From Thermoleophilia bacterium (lineage in GTDB: Bacteria > Actinomycetota > Thermoleophilia > RBG-16-64-13): a stretch of 53,232 nt of DNA. The notes under the pieces were generated by a model. The model worked only from the letters and a program-made list of their open reading frames with translations. It was not told the origin of the DNA and did not search any database. How positions within the stretch are numbered: position 1 is the stretch's first letter; every line of letters begins with the position of its first letter. Shown piece by piece: positions 1-8,200 of the stretch. Where the stretch lies: assembly GCA_017882525.1 (NCBI GenBank), contig JADGPI010000015.1, forward strand, positions 1-53,232. Reading direction: 5' to 3'. The position numbers and the translations under genes were made by a program.

Positions 1-357
1 CAACTCGTGGTGTGTGCGGTCCTTGGCCTCGGGACCTCGTTCATCTTCGAGGGCGGTCCAACATTTCCGGGTTGGGGCGCCACCGGGGCGGTCCTGTGGA
101 CTGGGATCATGGGTGGACTGGTCTGTTACCTCCTCATGGCCGTCGGACAGCGCTACACCCCGGCCACCTTGGCCGGCCTTCTTATGAGCCTGGAGGCGGT
201 CTTCTCTCTGATCGCTTCGATCGTAGTCGGCTATGACCATCTGACCGTGCGCGCCCTCGTGGGCTTCGCGCTTGTCTTTGCGGGCACGACGGTCGCTCGG
301 ATGGGGTCCGAACGGTCCCCTGAGTTCGCTGCCGAGCCTGCCCCGCCCGGACCGTAA
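1..357 (+). CDS. EamA/DMT-family transporter, C-terminal fragment (5' end lies outside the window)
   Basis: Frame 1 is open from base 1. The hydrophobic helices (GLVCYLLMAVGQRYTPATLAGLLMSLEAVFSLIAS, FALVFAGT) are typical of the second EamA repeat. Stop TAA at 355-357. Confidence 0.6.
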   Translation, partial: QLVVCAVLGLGTSFIFEGGPTFPGWGATGAVLWTGIMGGLVCYLLMAVGQRYTPATLAGLLMSLEAVFSLIASIVVGYDHLTVRALVGFALVFAGTTVARMGSERSPEFAAEPAPPGP

Positions 358-468
358 CGGGCACGGGCTCGACGCCTTGCCCTACACCGTCGCGCATTGG
401 TGGCGCTCCCTTCCCGCAAGACGCGGTGACAGCTAGTAATATACAATTCGTCGCTGAAGGAGGAATAC

Positions 469-753
469 TTGGAACGGATCATCGGCAATCTGGACAAGGT
501 CAAGCTCAAGCTCGACGAAGCCTTCTTCTACTTGGACGAGATCGAAGAGCTCATCCAGGAAGACGAGTTGGGCGACGAAGCGGGGACGCGCGTCACTCAG
601 GCGAGCGAGCGGTTGGCGAGCGAGCTCGCGGCCCTCAGCCGCCGGGTCTCCGAGCTTCAGGACATCCTGCAGGCTCTCGAGCAACAGGAGGGCGGCGGAA
701 ACGGGCCCGCCGGCGAGGCCGGTGGCACCTCCGTCGCGGGGTCCACTGAGTAG
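469..753 (+). CDS. Small acidic coiled-coil protein, hypothetical
   Basis: TTG start at 469 preceded by GAAGGAGGAA (456-465). The 94-aa product is rich in heptad-like Leu/Glu stretches. No family recognised, and the opposite strand is also open here. Confidence 0.35.
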   Translation: MERIIGNLDKVKLKLDEAFFYLDEIEELIQEDELGDEAGTRVTQASERLASELAALSRRVSELQDILQALEQQEGGGNGPAGEAGGTSVAGSTE

Positions 754-1327
754 CGAGGAGCGGCTCTCCAAGGCCGGACGGGGGGAGCAGCCACGCGGAG
801 AGGACTCGCGCGAGCCACTGCTGGTGAGTGCCTGCCTCGTGGGCTTGCGGACCCGCCTTGACGGACGCGCCCGCTCAGACCTCGGCGTTCTCGGCCTCGC
901 TGCTGACTACCGTCTCATCCCAGTGTGCCCGGAGCAGCTCGGGGGCTCGCCCACACCTCGGCCTGCCGCCGAGATCCAGGGGGGGAGCGGCCTGGAGGTC
1001 TTGCAGGGCACGGCCAGGGTATTCACCTGCGAAGGCGTGGACGTCACGGCGGTCCACGTCCGCGGAGCGGAAGAGACCCTGGCGACAGCCAGGTTGGTGG
1101 GGGCGACCAAAGCGGTACTCAAGGCCCGCAGTCCCTCCTGTGGGTTCGGCCAGACCTATGACGGCACGTTCAGCCATCGGCTTGCTCCTGGCTCAGGGGT
1201 GGCTGCCGCACTCTTGGCAAGCGAGGGGATCTTGGTGGTGACAGAGGAGGAATGTCTGCCCGTCTTGGGCAAAAAGGCCGCTCTTCCATCCTTGGCGGAA
1301 TCCGAGCGGAGCGGGGCGGGCGGATGA
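722..1327 (+). CDS. DUF523 (TudS-like thio-nucleobase desulfidase family) protein
   Basis: The motifs LLVSACLVG, IPVCPEQLGG and KARSPSCGFG give the three conserved Cys of the DUF523 [4Fe-4S] family. The start is uncertain (GTG 722 or GTG 824). The stop overlaps the ccmE start as ATGA at 1324-1327. Confidence 0.7.
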   Translation: MAPPSRGPLSSEERLSKAGRGEQPRGEDSREPLLVSACLVGLRTRLDGRARSDLGVLGLAADYRLIPVCPEQLGGSPTPRPAAEIQGGSGLEVLQGTARVFTCEGVDVTAVHVRGAEETLATARLVGATKAVLKARSPSCGFGQTYDGTFSHRLAPGSGVAAALLASEGILVVTEEECLPVLGKKAALPSLAESERSGAGG

Positions 1328-1752
1328 GTTCTCGGGGGATCAAGATCCTGATAGGCGCGGTGGTGATCGCGATCGCCTTGGGAGCCCTTCTGTGGGTGGG
1401 CATAAGCAAAAGTACCGTCTATTACTTCAGCGTCGCCGAGCTCAGAGCCAAAGGACCGGCGGTGGACGTGCGCGTCTCCGGCCAACTGGTGGCTGGGAGC
1501 GTGAAAGGTCTGGGCACGACGGACATCAGTTTTAGCATCCACGACCGCGACCACACGGGAGAGATCGTATCCGTTACGTATAGCGGGGCGGTGCCGGACA
1601 GCTTCCGAGACCAGCCCGGCACGGAAGTCGTAGCTCAGGGGGACTATCTCGCTGGGGGCACCTTCCAAGCCTCCACACTCATAGCCAAGTGCCCCAGCAA
1701 GTATCAAGCAGCCACGTCGACTTCCACTTCGCCCTCCTCGACGACTCGTTGA
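1324..1752 (+). CDS. ccmE: Cytochrome c maturation haem chaperone CcmE, cysteine (CxxxY) variant
   Basis: N-terminal membrane anchor (IKILIGAVVIAIALGALLWVGI), an OB-fold-like body (FSVAELR...VRVSGQLV...FSIHD) and a C-terminal LIAKCPSKY motif where the canonical protein has LAKHDENY. Confidence 0.85.
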   Translation: MSSRGIKILIGAVVIAIALGALLWVGISKSTVYYFSVAELRAKGPAVDVRVSGQLVAGSVKGLGTTDISFSIHDRDHTGEIVSVTYSGAVPDSFRDQPGTEVVAQGDYLAGGTFQASTLIAKCPSKYQAATSTSTSPSSTTR

Positions 1753-3824
1753 ACCTTTTCGGCCACATCTCCGTGGTGCTGCTCGTGCCTGTCTGCCTGG
1801 GCGGGTTCGCGCTGGCCGTCTCCGCGGCGATCTCGCGGCGGCAGGCGCTTGTGCGCGCGGCAGTCTGGGCCTGCTACGCGTCTCTCGTACTTGCGGCACT
1901 GGCATCCATCGCCTTGTTGACGGCTCTGCTCACCCGCGATTTCAGCAACCAGTACGTGTACGAGCACACGTCGCGCGCCTTGTCCATCGCTTACACAGTG
2001 TCTGCGTTCTGGGCGGGAAACGCGGGTTCGCTCCTCCTGTGGGCGCTGCTTTTGGCAGTCTTTTCGGTGATCGCGGTGCGCGCCTGTCGGCGCGAGGACC
2101 CGGCCTCGCTGCCTCACGTGACGTCTATCCTTCTGGCGATCTCCTCCTTCTTCTCTCTTATCCTCGTGTTCACCAGCGCCTCGAATCCTTTCGTGACCAC
2201 CGCCGGTGCGCCGCCTGCTGACGGATACGGACTGAACCCCATGCTGCAGAACCTGGGCATGGTGATACACCCGGTGGCACTGTACGTGGGGTACGTGGGG
2301 TTGGCAATACCGTTCGCCCTCGTGATGGGTGGCTTGATGGCCGGACGTGGCAGCCTCGCATGGGGCCGGTCGGCGCGCCGCTGGACTTTGGTGGCGTGGC
2401 TGTTCTTGACCGTCGGCAACATCGTCGGAGCCTGGTGGGCCTACGTCACTCTCGGTTGGGGTGGTTACTGGGCCTGGGACCCGGTTGAGAACGCGTCTCT
2501 CATGCCTTGGCTCACCAGCACCGCCCTGGTCCACTCGCTGGTCATGATCCGCAAGAGGGATATGCTGAAGATCTGGACCGTGTTCTTGGTCGCGTTCAGC
2601 TTCATCCTTACCATATTCGGCACCTTCCTCACCCGCTCGGGGATAGCCACCTCGGTCCACGCCTTCGGAGACAATTCGTTCATCCCCTGGTTCACGGTGT
2701 TCATCGGCTTGATGGTGCTTTTCTCGCTCTATGTGATCTTGACGAGGCTTCCCATCCTGCGTTCCACGAAGCGCCTCGACCACGTCCTGTCAAGAGAGTC
2801 CAGTTTCGTCTACAACAACATCGTGCTCATGGCCTTGACCATCGCTGTCCTCTGGGGGGTGCTTTTCCCCACTATCGCGGGGGCCATCAAGGGACAGAAG
2901 GTGGAATTGGGCACCGGCTACTACCCCTCAGTGACGGTGCCACTGGGGCTCATACTGATGCTGCTTGCCGGACTGTGCACGCTACTGCTTTGGCGCGGGG
3001 TCTCCTGGTCGCGGCTCGCCCGGGCTGTTGGAGGCACCTTCGGCTTCGCGGTGGTCGTCTTGATCGTATTGGTGGTGTTGGGCGTCAGGCGGCCCTATCC
3101 TTTGATCAGTTTCACGCTGGCTGCGTTCACGGTGGCCTCCGTCGCGCTCCAGTACTGGCGTGGCTGGCGCGAGAGGCGGGCCGCCCGGCGAGCGGACCCG
3201 TTCACCACGTTCGGGCAGATGATCTGGTCCAATCGCCCCCGGTACGGAGGTTTCCTGGTCCACTTCGGGATCATTCTTCTGCTGGTAGGGGTGACCGGCT
3301 CTTATGCGTTCAAGGTGAGCGCGGAGGGGGACGTCTCGAAAGGCGGCAGCCTCACTGTGGGCAGCTACGAACTGGTGTATGACGGTCTCACCACCACACA
3401 GGTCCCCGACAAACAGGTCGCGCGGGCGACGTTCACCCTCGAGAGGTCTGGGAAGGTGGTGGGGATCCTCCAGCCGGTGAAGGAGTACTACCCGGCCAGC
3501 GACCAGACGTGGACGAAGGTGGCACGGCGTAGCACCTTGGCCGGCGACGTATACGTCACCCTACTGGGGTACTCGGAGGACGAGTCGAGCGTTAGCATCC
3601 AAGCGCAGATAAACCCACTGGTGAACTGGCTGTGGATCGGTGGCGCGGTCATGGTCTTGGGGGGCATCATCGCTATTTGGCCTAAGCGTTCGCGACGCGG
3701 GGACCCGAAACAGCCCGAAGCCGGACTCACGGGCGCGGAAGGTTCGGGGAAGGCGCGTCAGCCTCAGAACCGGCGGAAGGGCTCCGCGGGACAGGCGCCA
3801 AGACATCGCGCCAATGCTCGCTGA
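1749..3824 (+). CDS. ccmF: Cytochrome c-type biogenesis protein CcmF (haem lyase/haem handling)
   Basis: Polytopic membrane protein with the WWD motif WGGYWAWDPVENASLMPWL. A TTG at 1749 overlapping the ccmE stop gives MNLFGHISVV, matching the CcmF N-terminus. The alternative GTG at 1689 would overlap ccmE by 64 nt. There is a basic C-terminal tail. Confidence 0.9.
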   Translation: MNLFGHISVVLLVPVCLGGFALAVSAAISRRQALVRAAVWACYASLVLAALASIALLTALLTRDFSNQYVYEHTSRALSIAYTVSAFWAGNAGSLLLWALLLAVFSVIAVRACRREDPASLPHVTSILLAISSFFSLILVFTSASNPFVTTAGAPPADGYGLNPMLQNLGMVIHPVALYVGYVGLAIPFALVMGGLMAGRGSLAWGRSARRWTLVAWLFLTVGNIVGAWWAYVTLGWGGYWAWDPVENASLMPWLTSTALVHSLVMIRKRDMLKIWTVFLVAFSFILTIFGTFLTRSGIATSVHAFGDNSFIPWFTVFIGLMVLFSLYVILTRLPILRSTKRLDHVLSRESSFVYNNIVLMALTIAVLWGVLFPTIAGAIKGQKVELGTGYYPSVTVPLGLILMLLAGLCTLLLWRGVSWSRLARAVGGTFGFAVVVLIVLVVLGVRRPYPLISFTLAAFTVASVALQYWRGWRERRAARRADPFTTFGQMIWSNRPRYGGFLVHFGIILLLVGVTGSYAFKVSAEGDVSKGGSLTVGSYELVYDGLTTTQVPDKQVARATFTLERSGKVVGILQPVKEYYPASDQTWTKVARRSTLAGDVYVTLLGYSEDESSVSIQAQINPLVNWLWIGGAVMVLGGIIAIWPKRSRRGDPKQPEAGLTGAEGSGKARQPQNRRKGSAGQAPRHRANAR

Positions 3825-4554
3825 GATGCATCGCGCCGTCGCGGCGGTCGAGGTGAAGAACCTCTGGAAGGTCTACGGGCACGTCGAAGCCCTCAAGGGG
3901 GTCGACCTGACGGTTGCCGAAGGCAGTTTCCTGACGATCTTCGGTCCGAACGGAGCCGGCAAGACCACGCTCATGAAGGTCCTGGCCACGCTTGCTCGGC
4001 CTACCGATGGCTCCGCGCTGGTGGGGGGACACGACGTCACAAGAGAAGCCGGGGCGGTGCGGAAACGGGTGGGGGTCATCTCGCACAATACGTACCTCTA
4101 CCCTCAGCTCACGGCGATGGAGAACCTAGCCTTCTATGGGCGTATGTACGGTTTGAAGCGGGCACGGGAGCGCTCCACCCAGCTGCTCGAGCAGCTGGGT
4201 CTGGCGACCCGCATGCACGACCGGGTGGCGACTTTCTCTCGTGGGATGCAGCAGCGCCTGTCGGTGGCGCGAGCTCTCTTGCACGAGCCGGAGCTTCTGC
4301 TGCTCGACGAGCCGTATACCGGCCTGGACCAACACGCCAGCCGCATCCTCGCCGGGGTGTTGGAGGGTTTGCGCGATGGACAGCGCACGGTGGTGATGAC
4401 CACGCACAACCTTCAAGAAGGACTAGAGAGTTGCGACAGGGTCGCTATCCTCGTGCGCGGGAAGATGGTGTTTGAAGAGGCGGCGGCGGAAGTCGACCGC
4501 TCGGGCTTTCAAGCGACGTATTTCGCGTGCGTCGAGAGGGCATGGGGCCGGTGA
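3814..4554 (+). CDS. ccmA: Haem exporter ATP-binding protein CcmA
   Basis: Walker A GPNGAGKTT, signature FSRGMQQRL, Walker B LLLLDEP. ATG 3814 overlaps the ccmF stop (alternative ATG at 3826). The position in the ccm cluster supports the call. Confidence 0.85.
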   Translation: MLAEMHRAVAAVEVKNLWKVYGHVEALKGVDLTVAEGSFLTIFGPNGAGKTTLMKVLATLARPTDGSALVGGHDVTREAGAVRKRVGVISHNTYLYPQLTAMENLAFYGRMYGLKRARERSTQLLEQLGLATRMHDRVATFSRGMQQRLSVARALLHEPELLLLDEPYTGLDQHASRILAGVLEGLRDGQRTVVMTTHNLQEGLESCDRVAILVRGKMVFEEAAAEVDRSGFQATYFACVERAWGR

Positions 4555-5228
4555 ACGCTCTCGGACAGGCCTGGGCCATCACCAAGAAAGACCTCGTTGC
4601 GGAACTGCGGGGCGCCAGCACCATCGTGTCGATGGTGCTGCTCGGTCTTCTCGTGGTGCTGGTCTTCAATTTCGGCACCGATCCCGGGGCCAAGGACGTC
4701 ACGCTGGCCCGTTCCGGAGTCTTGTGGGCCGCGTTCCTGTTCGCCGGGGTGATCGCGGTGGGGCGTTCCTTCGCCACGGAGAAGGAGGCAGGGTGTCTGG
4801 ACGGCCTTTTGCTCTGTCCGGTCGACCGCGCGGTCATCTACCTTGGCAAGCTTGTCGGGAACCTGATCCTTCTTTTCGTGACGGGCCTCGTGATACTGGG
4901 TTTCTTCACCGTGCTCTACAACGTCGGGTTGGGTGCTGGATCGGCTGGGCTGGTGCTCGTGATGGCCCTGGCCAGCATAGGGTTCAGCGCCATCGGGACA
5001 TTGTTCGCCGCGGTCGGGGCGGGAGTGCGCGCTCGCGATGCCCTCTTAGCAGTGTTCATCTTTCCCTTGCTGGTACCTCTGATCATCGCGGCAGCCCACG
5101 TATCGACAGTGCTGCTGGCCGGGCAGGGATTGGGGGGCGCAGGTCTGTGGCCCTGGTTCCTTGTCGTATACGATGTGGTTTTCCTGGCCATCTCTTTCAT
5201 GACCTTCGATTTCGTGGTGGAGGAATAG
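4542..5228 (+). CDS. ccmB: Haem exporter membrane protein CcmB
   Basis: About 228 aa with six predicted helices. The N-terminus ITKKDLVAELRG is typical of CcmB. ATG 4542 overlaps the ccmA stop (alternative GTG at 4527). Confidence 0.85.
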   Translation: MGPVNALGQAWAITKKDLVAELRGASTIVSMVLLGLLVVLVFNFGTDPGAKDVTLARSGVLWAAFLFAGVIAVGRSFATEKEAGCLDGLLLCPVDRAVIYLGKLVGNLILLFVTGLVILGFFTVLYNVGLGAGSAGLVLVMALASIGFSAIGTLFAAVGAGVRARDALLAVFIFPLLVPLIIAAAHVSTVLLAGQGLGGAGLWPWFLVVYDVVFLAISFMTFDFVVEE

Positions 5229-5231
5229 CCC

Positions 5232-5945
5232 ATGGACAAAGGGCCGGCGCGACGCGATCTCATGGTCACCGTCCTTGGTGCCGTGACCTTTGTCTTCATG
5301 CTCGTCGCCCTTCTTGGTGCCTTGGTGTGGGCGCCCAAGGAGGCGACCATGGGCGACGTGCAGCGGATCTTCTACTTCCACATGCCCAGCGCGTGGATCG
5401 CCCTCGGACCTGGTTTCACTGTGGTGTTCGCACTTAGCATCGCCTATTTGGCCACCGGGCGGCTCAAGTACGACCGGGTGGCGGCGGCTTCTGCAGAGAT
5501 AGGGGTCGTGTTCACCACGATCACGCTTGTCACCGGCCCTCTGTGGGCGAAGCCCGCTTGGGGCGTCTATTGGACATGGGAGCCACGACTGACGACGACG
5601 CTGGTCTTGTGGTTCATCTACGTCGGCTACTTGCTGCTTAGGTCGGTGGCGGGCGATGGACACCGGCGGGCGCGTCTTGCCGCAGTCTACGGGATCGTGG
5701 GGTGGGTGGACGTACCCATCGTGTTCTTCTCAATCTGGTGGTGGAGGACCATCCATCCCCGGGTGCTCACCAGCAGTGGTTTCGCGCTGGATTCCCGCAT
5801 GACGGCAGTGCTCATGGTGTCCTTGGCCGCCTTCACTCTGCTGTATGTGTTCCTGCTCGTCCTGCGCGTCCGTATCGAAAGCATGAGCGCGACAGTTCAG
5901 ACCTTACTATTTCGCGCTCGCGACCGTCGAGGAGGCGGTGTATGA
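5232..5945 (+). CDS. ccmC: Haem exporter / haem-handling protein CcmC
   Basis: W-rich motif WAKPAWGVYWTWEPRLTTTL and FYFHMP with the conserved His. Starts 3 nt after the ccmB stop. Confidence 0.9.
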   Translation: MDKGPARRDLMVTVLGAVTFVFMLVALLGALVWAPKEATMGDVQRIFYFHMPSAWIALGPGFTVVFALSIAYLATGRLKYDRVAAASAEIGVVFTTITLVTGPLWAKPAWGVYWTWEPRLTTTLVLWFIYVGYLLLRSVAGDGHRRARLAAVYGIVGWVDVPIVFFSIWWWRTIHPRVLTSSGFALDSRMTAVLMVSLAAFTLLYVFLLVLRVRIESMSATVQTLLFRARDRRGGGV

Positions 5946-6103
5946 ACGCCACCGGCTATCTTGCCGCGGCCTACAGCATCATCTGGGTGATCATCGCGGC
6001 GTACGTTGTGTATCTGGGCAGGCGGCAAGCCGGGCTTCGCCGGCAGATCGAGGTCCTGCAGATCGAGATGTCAGAGCGTAACGAGCCGGGCGAGCAGGGC
6101 TAG
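5942..6103 (+). CDS. ccmD: Small single-pass membrane protein CcmD
   Basis: ATGA overlap with the ccmC stop. The 53-aa product has one helix (YLAAAYSIIWVIIAAYVVYLG) followed by basic residues, as in CcmD. Confidence 0.6.
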   Translation: MNATGYLAAAYSIIWVIIAAYVVYLGRRQAGLRRQIEVLQIEMSERNEPGEQG

Positions 6104-6186
6104 AGCCGGGAGCCCGACGGGGCTATTTTGGGCCACCGGGGGTTGTGTCCCATCGGGGACGGCCGAGGGACGAGGTCTGGGATCGG

Positions 6187-6957
6187 CTAGAGTTCCGCCC
6201 TGCGGATGGCGGCGTACGCTCCAAGGAGCAGGACCAAGCTGAGCCCCAGGTCGATCAGGGCGCTGGCCACCCCCGTAAACGACAGGCCGACGGGGGCCAT
6301 GTCGGCGCCTCCAATGAGGGAGGAGCCCATGCTGGCGGCGCCGTAAGGGCCCCAACTTCCGAGTGGTTTCCACAGCGCCCCAAGGAACGGCAAGACGAAC
6401 AGAGGGACCAGCGACACGCCTCCGGCGATGGGGCCCTGGCGGAAGAGAGCCGAGAAGAAGAAAGTCCACGAGAAGACCAGAAGCAGATAGCAAAGGTAAA
6501 GGAGCAGGGCGACTGCCATGGCCCCGATGTGGGGCTTTCCCAGCAGCAGGGTCGTGTAGAGGATCGCGACTCCTCCGCCAATGGCGAACGAGACGAGGAC
6601 ATAGAGCGCGTTGACGGCCCAGCGAAGCGATAGGTACCGGAGGCGCGATACAGGCTTGACGAAGAGGACCGAGAGAAGACCCTCTTTTCGTTCGGACGCG
6701 ACGACGCCCATGAAGATGACGACGATCACCAGAAGCCCCAGTTGGCGCGAGAACTGGAGGTATTGGTTCAGACCATCGGCCGGACCGAAGTTTGGCATGG
6801 AGATCTCCACTTGCTGGCCGGCCTGTTTGATGATGGTCGGCAGTAGCCGGATGAGCGCCGGTCCCATGATCCCGAACACCACGAAGACAGCCGGCAGGAA
6901 CACGATCCGGTGCGTGCGGACCAGATCCTTCAGCTCCTTCTGAAGCAAAGCCCTCAC
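6187..6957 (-). CDS. ABC-2 type transporter permease
   Basis: Six-helix membrane protein. The N-terminus MRALLQKELKDLVRTHR is typical of ABC-2 permeases. Its GTG start overlaps the stop of the upstream ATPase gene. Confidence 0.7.
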   Translation of the reverse strand: MRALLQKELKDLVRTHRIVFLPAVFVVFGIMGPALIRLLPTIIKQAGQQVEISMPNFGPADGLNQYLQFSRQLGLLVIVVIFMGVVASERKEGLLSVLFVKPVSRLRYLSLRWAVNALYVLVSFAIGGGVAILYTTLLLGKPHIGAMAVALLLYLCYLLLVFSWTFFFSALFRQGPIAGGVSLVPLFVLPFLGALWKPLGSWGPYGAASMGSSLIGGADMAPVGLSFTGVASALIDLGLSLVLLLGAYAAIRRAEL

Positions 6958-7955
6958 CGGTCCGTCACCAGTTGGATGAAGACGTCTTCCAGTGTCGGTG
7001 TCATCGTGACAAACTCGGTCAGCCGGGCTCCCAGGCCGGCGACCAGAGCCGGCACCATCCGTTGAGCCCGTTCGGGATCGTTCACGAGGATCCGCAGCCC
7101 CCCGCCCTCAGGTGCGATTTCCTTCACCCAGGACTCTCTCTTGAGAGCGGCGGCCAGCTCATTCCTTTCTCCGGCCACTTCCAGGTGGAATACCGGCTTC
7201 GCGTACCTCCCCAGCAGCTCGCCCAGCGGTGCCTCGACCACCAGCCGTCCGTCGCGGACGATGCCGACCCAGCCGCACACTCGCTGCACGTCGTCCAGAA
7301 TATGCGAGGACATCATGATCGTCGCTCGGCCACGCAGGGAGGCAATGAGGTCGAGCACTTCCCGACGGCCGATCGGGTCCAAGGCAGACGCGGGTTCGTC
7401 GAGCAGGAGAACTTCCGGATCGCCCATCAAAGCCTGGGCTATCCCGAGGCGCTGCCGCATCCCTCGGGAAAAGCCTCGGATGCGGTCCTTGGCGCGAGGG
7501 GAGAGGTCGACGGAATCGAGAAGGGCGGCCGCACGTCTTGCGGCCTCGGCCGGGCTCAGGTCGAAAAGCCTTCCTACGAACACAAGGAATTCGTGGGCGG
7601 TCATCCACGGGTAGAACGCTGGTTCCTCGGCCAGGAAGCCCACTCGTCTGCGGAGCTCGAGGCTGAACCGGCCGGGTCTCACCTGCTCTCCGGCCACGAG
7701 TGCCTCACCGGAAGTGGGAGAAAGCAATCCGGCAAGCATCTTGAGGGTTGTAGTCTTGCCTGAACCGTTCGGACCCAGGAAGCCATACACTTCGCCGGTA
7801 GGTACTCGCAGCGAGAGTCCATCCACCGCCCGCACGTGCTTGAAGACGCGAGTGAGGGCTCGCAACTCGATGGTCCACTCGGTGCCCTCCTGGTGGACCG
7901 CGCGGGCCTCTCCCACACTGGCGCCGGTCGCGCCAGTCTCCCCGGCTGCTACCAT
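6954..7955 (-). CDS. ABC transporter ATP-binding protein
   Basis: Walker A GPNGSGKTT, signature FSRGMRQRLGIAQAL, Walker B LLLLDEP, H-loop SSHIL, plus a C-terminal accessory domain. Confidence 0.9.
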   Translation of the reverse strand: MVAAGETGATGASVGEARAVHQEGTEWTIELRALTRVFKHVRAVDGLSLRVPTGEVYGFLGPNGSGKTTTLKMLAGLLSPTSGEALVAGEQVRPGRFSLELRRRVGFLAEEPAFYPWMTAHEFLVFVGRLFDLSPAEAARRAAALLDSVDLSPRAKDRIRGFSRGMRQRLGIAQALMGDPEVLLLDEPASALDPIGRREVLDLIASLRGRATIMMSSHILDDVQRVCGWVGIVRDGRLVVEAPLGELLGRYAKPVFHLEVAGERNELAAALKRESWVKEIAPEGGGLRILVNDPERAQRMVPALVAGLGARLTEFVTMTPTLEDVFIQLVTDR

Positions 7956-8200
7956 CCCCGCCCTCGGGGGTCCCCCGGGTTCTCTCGACCTGGCTCAGCG
8001 GCAGGCTCTGGGTTTCGGCCCCAGGCCAGGTAGAGGATCGATCCCACCAGCTGGAAGAAGACGATCACGACCGCCCAGACGAGCTTGCTTCCCCCGCGGA
8101 CTCGGTCGGTCCGCGCCAAATCGACCAAGGCCCAGATCCATATGCCCAATTCGATGGCGGCTATAGGGAGAACCACCGCGATGCTCACCAATGTGCTCAC
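7949..8200 (-). CDS. Small membrane protein with PLD-nuclease N-terminal (PLDc_N) type domain
   Basis: Two helices with the characteristic IWALVDL...KLVWAVVIVFFQLVGSILYL pattern. GTG start. The stop overlaps the ATPase start by 7 nt. Confidence 0.6.
   Translation of the reverse strand: MSTLVSIAVVLPIAAIELGIWIWALVDLARTDRVRGGSKLVWAVVIVFFQLVGSILYLAWGRNPEPAAEPGRENPGDPRGRGW

Noticed and set aside
433-771. 112-aa minus-strand ORF opposite the small coiled-coil ORF
   Set aside because: The plus-strand frame has a strong SD (GAAGGAGGAA) at ideal spacing and heptad-like composition, while the minus frame has neither. Both remain weakly supported.
1704-2783. 359-aa minus-strand ORF inside ccmF, and similar long shadows at 4472-5437 (+), 9931-10839 (+), 12484-13518 (+), 15439-16617 (-), 16617-17300 (-), 19935-20861 (+), 25116-26189 (-), 46842-47912 (+), 47098-47934 (-) and 51758-52705 (-)
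   Set aside because: Each overlaps a gene with recognisable conserved motifs in another frame or strand. Their compositions are dominated by Arg/Pro/Gly/Ala/His, and none shows a family signature.
6111-6130. Hairpin AGCCC-GACG-GGGCT followed by ATTTTG after ccmD
   Set aside because: The stem is only 5 bp and the U-tract is short, which is too weak to call a terminator with any confidence.
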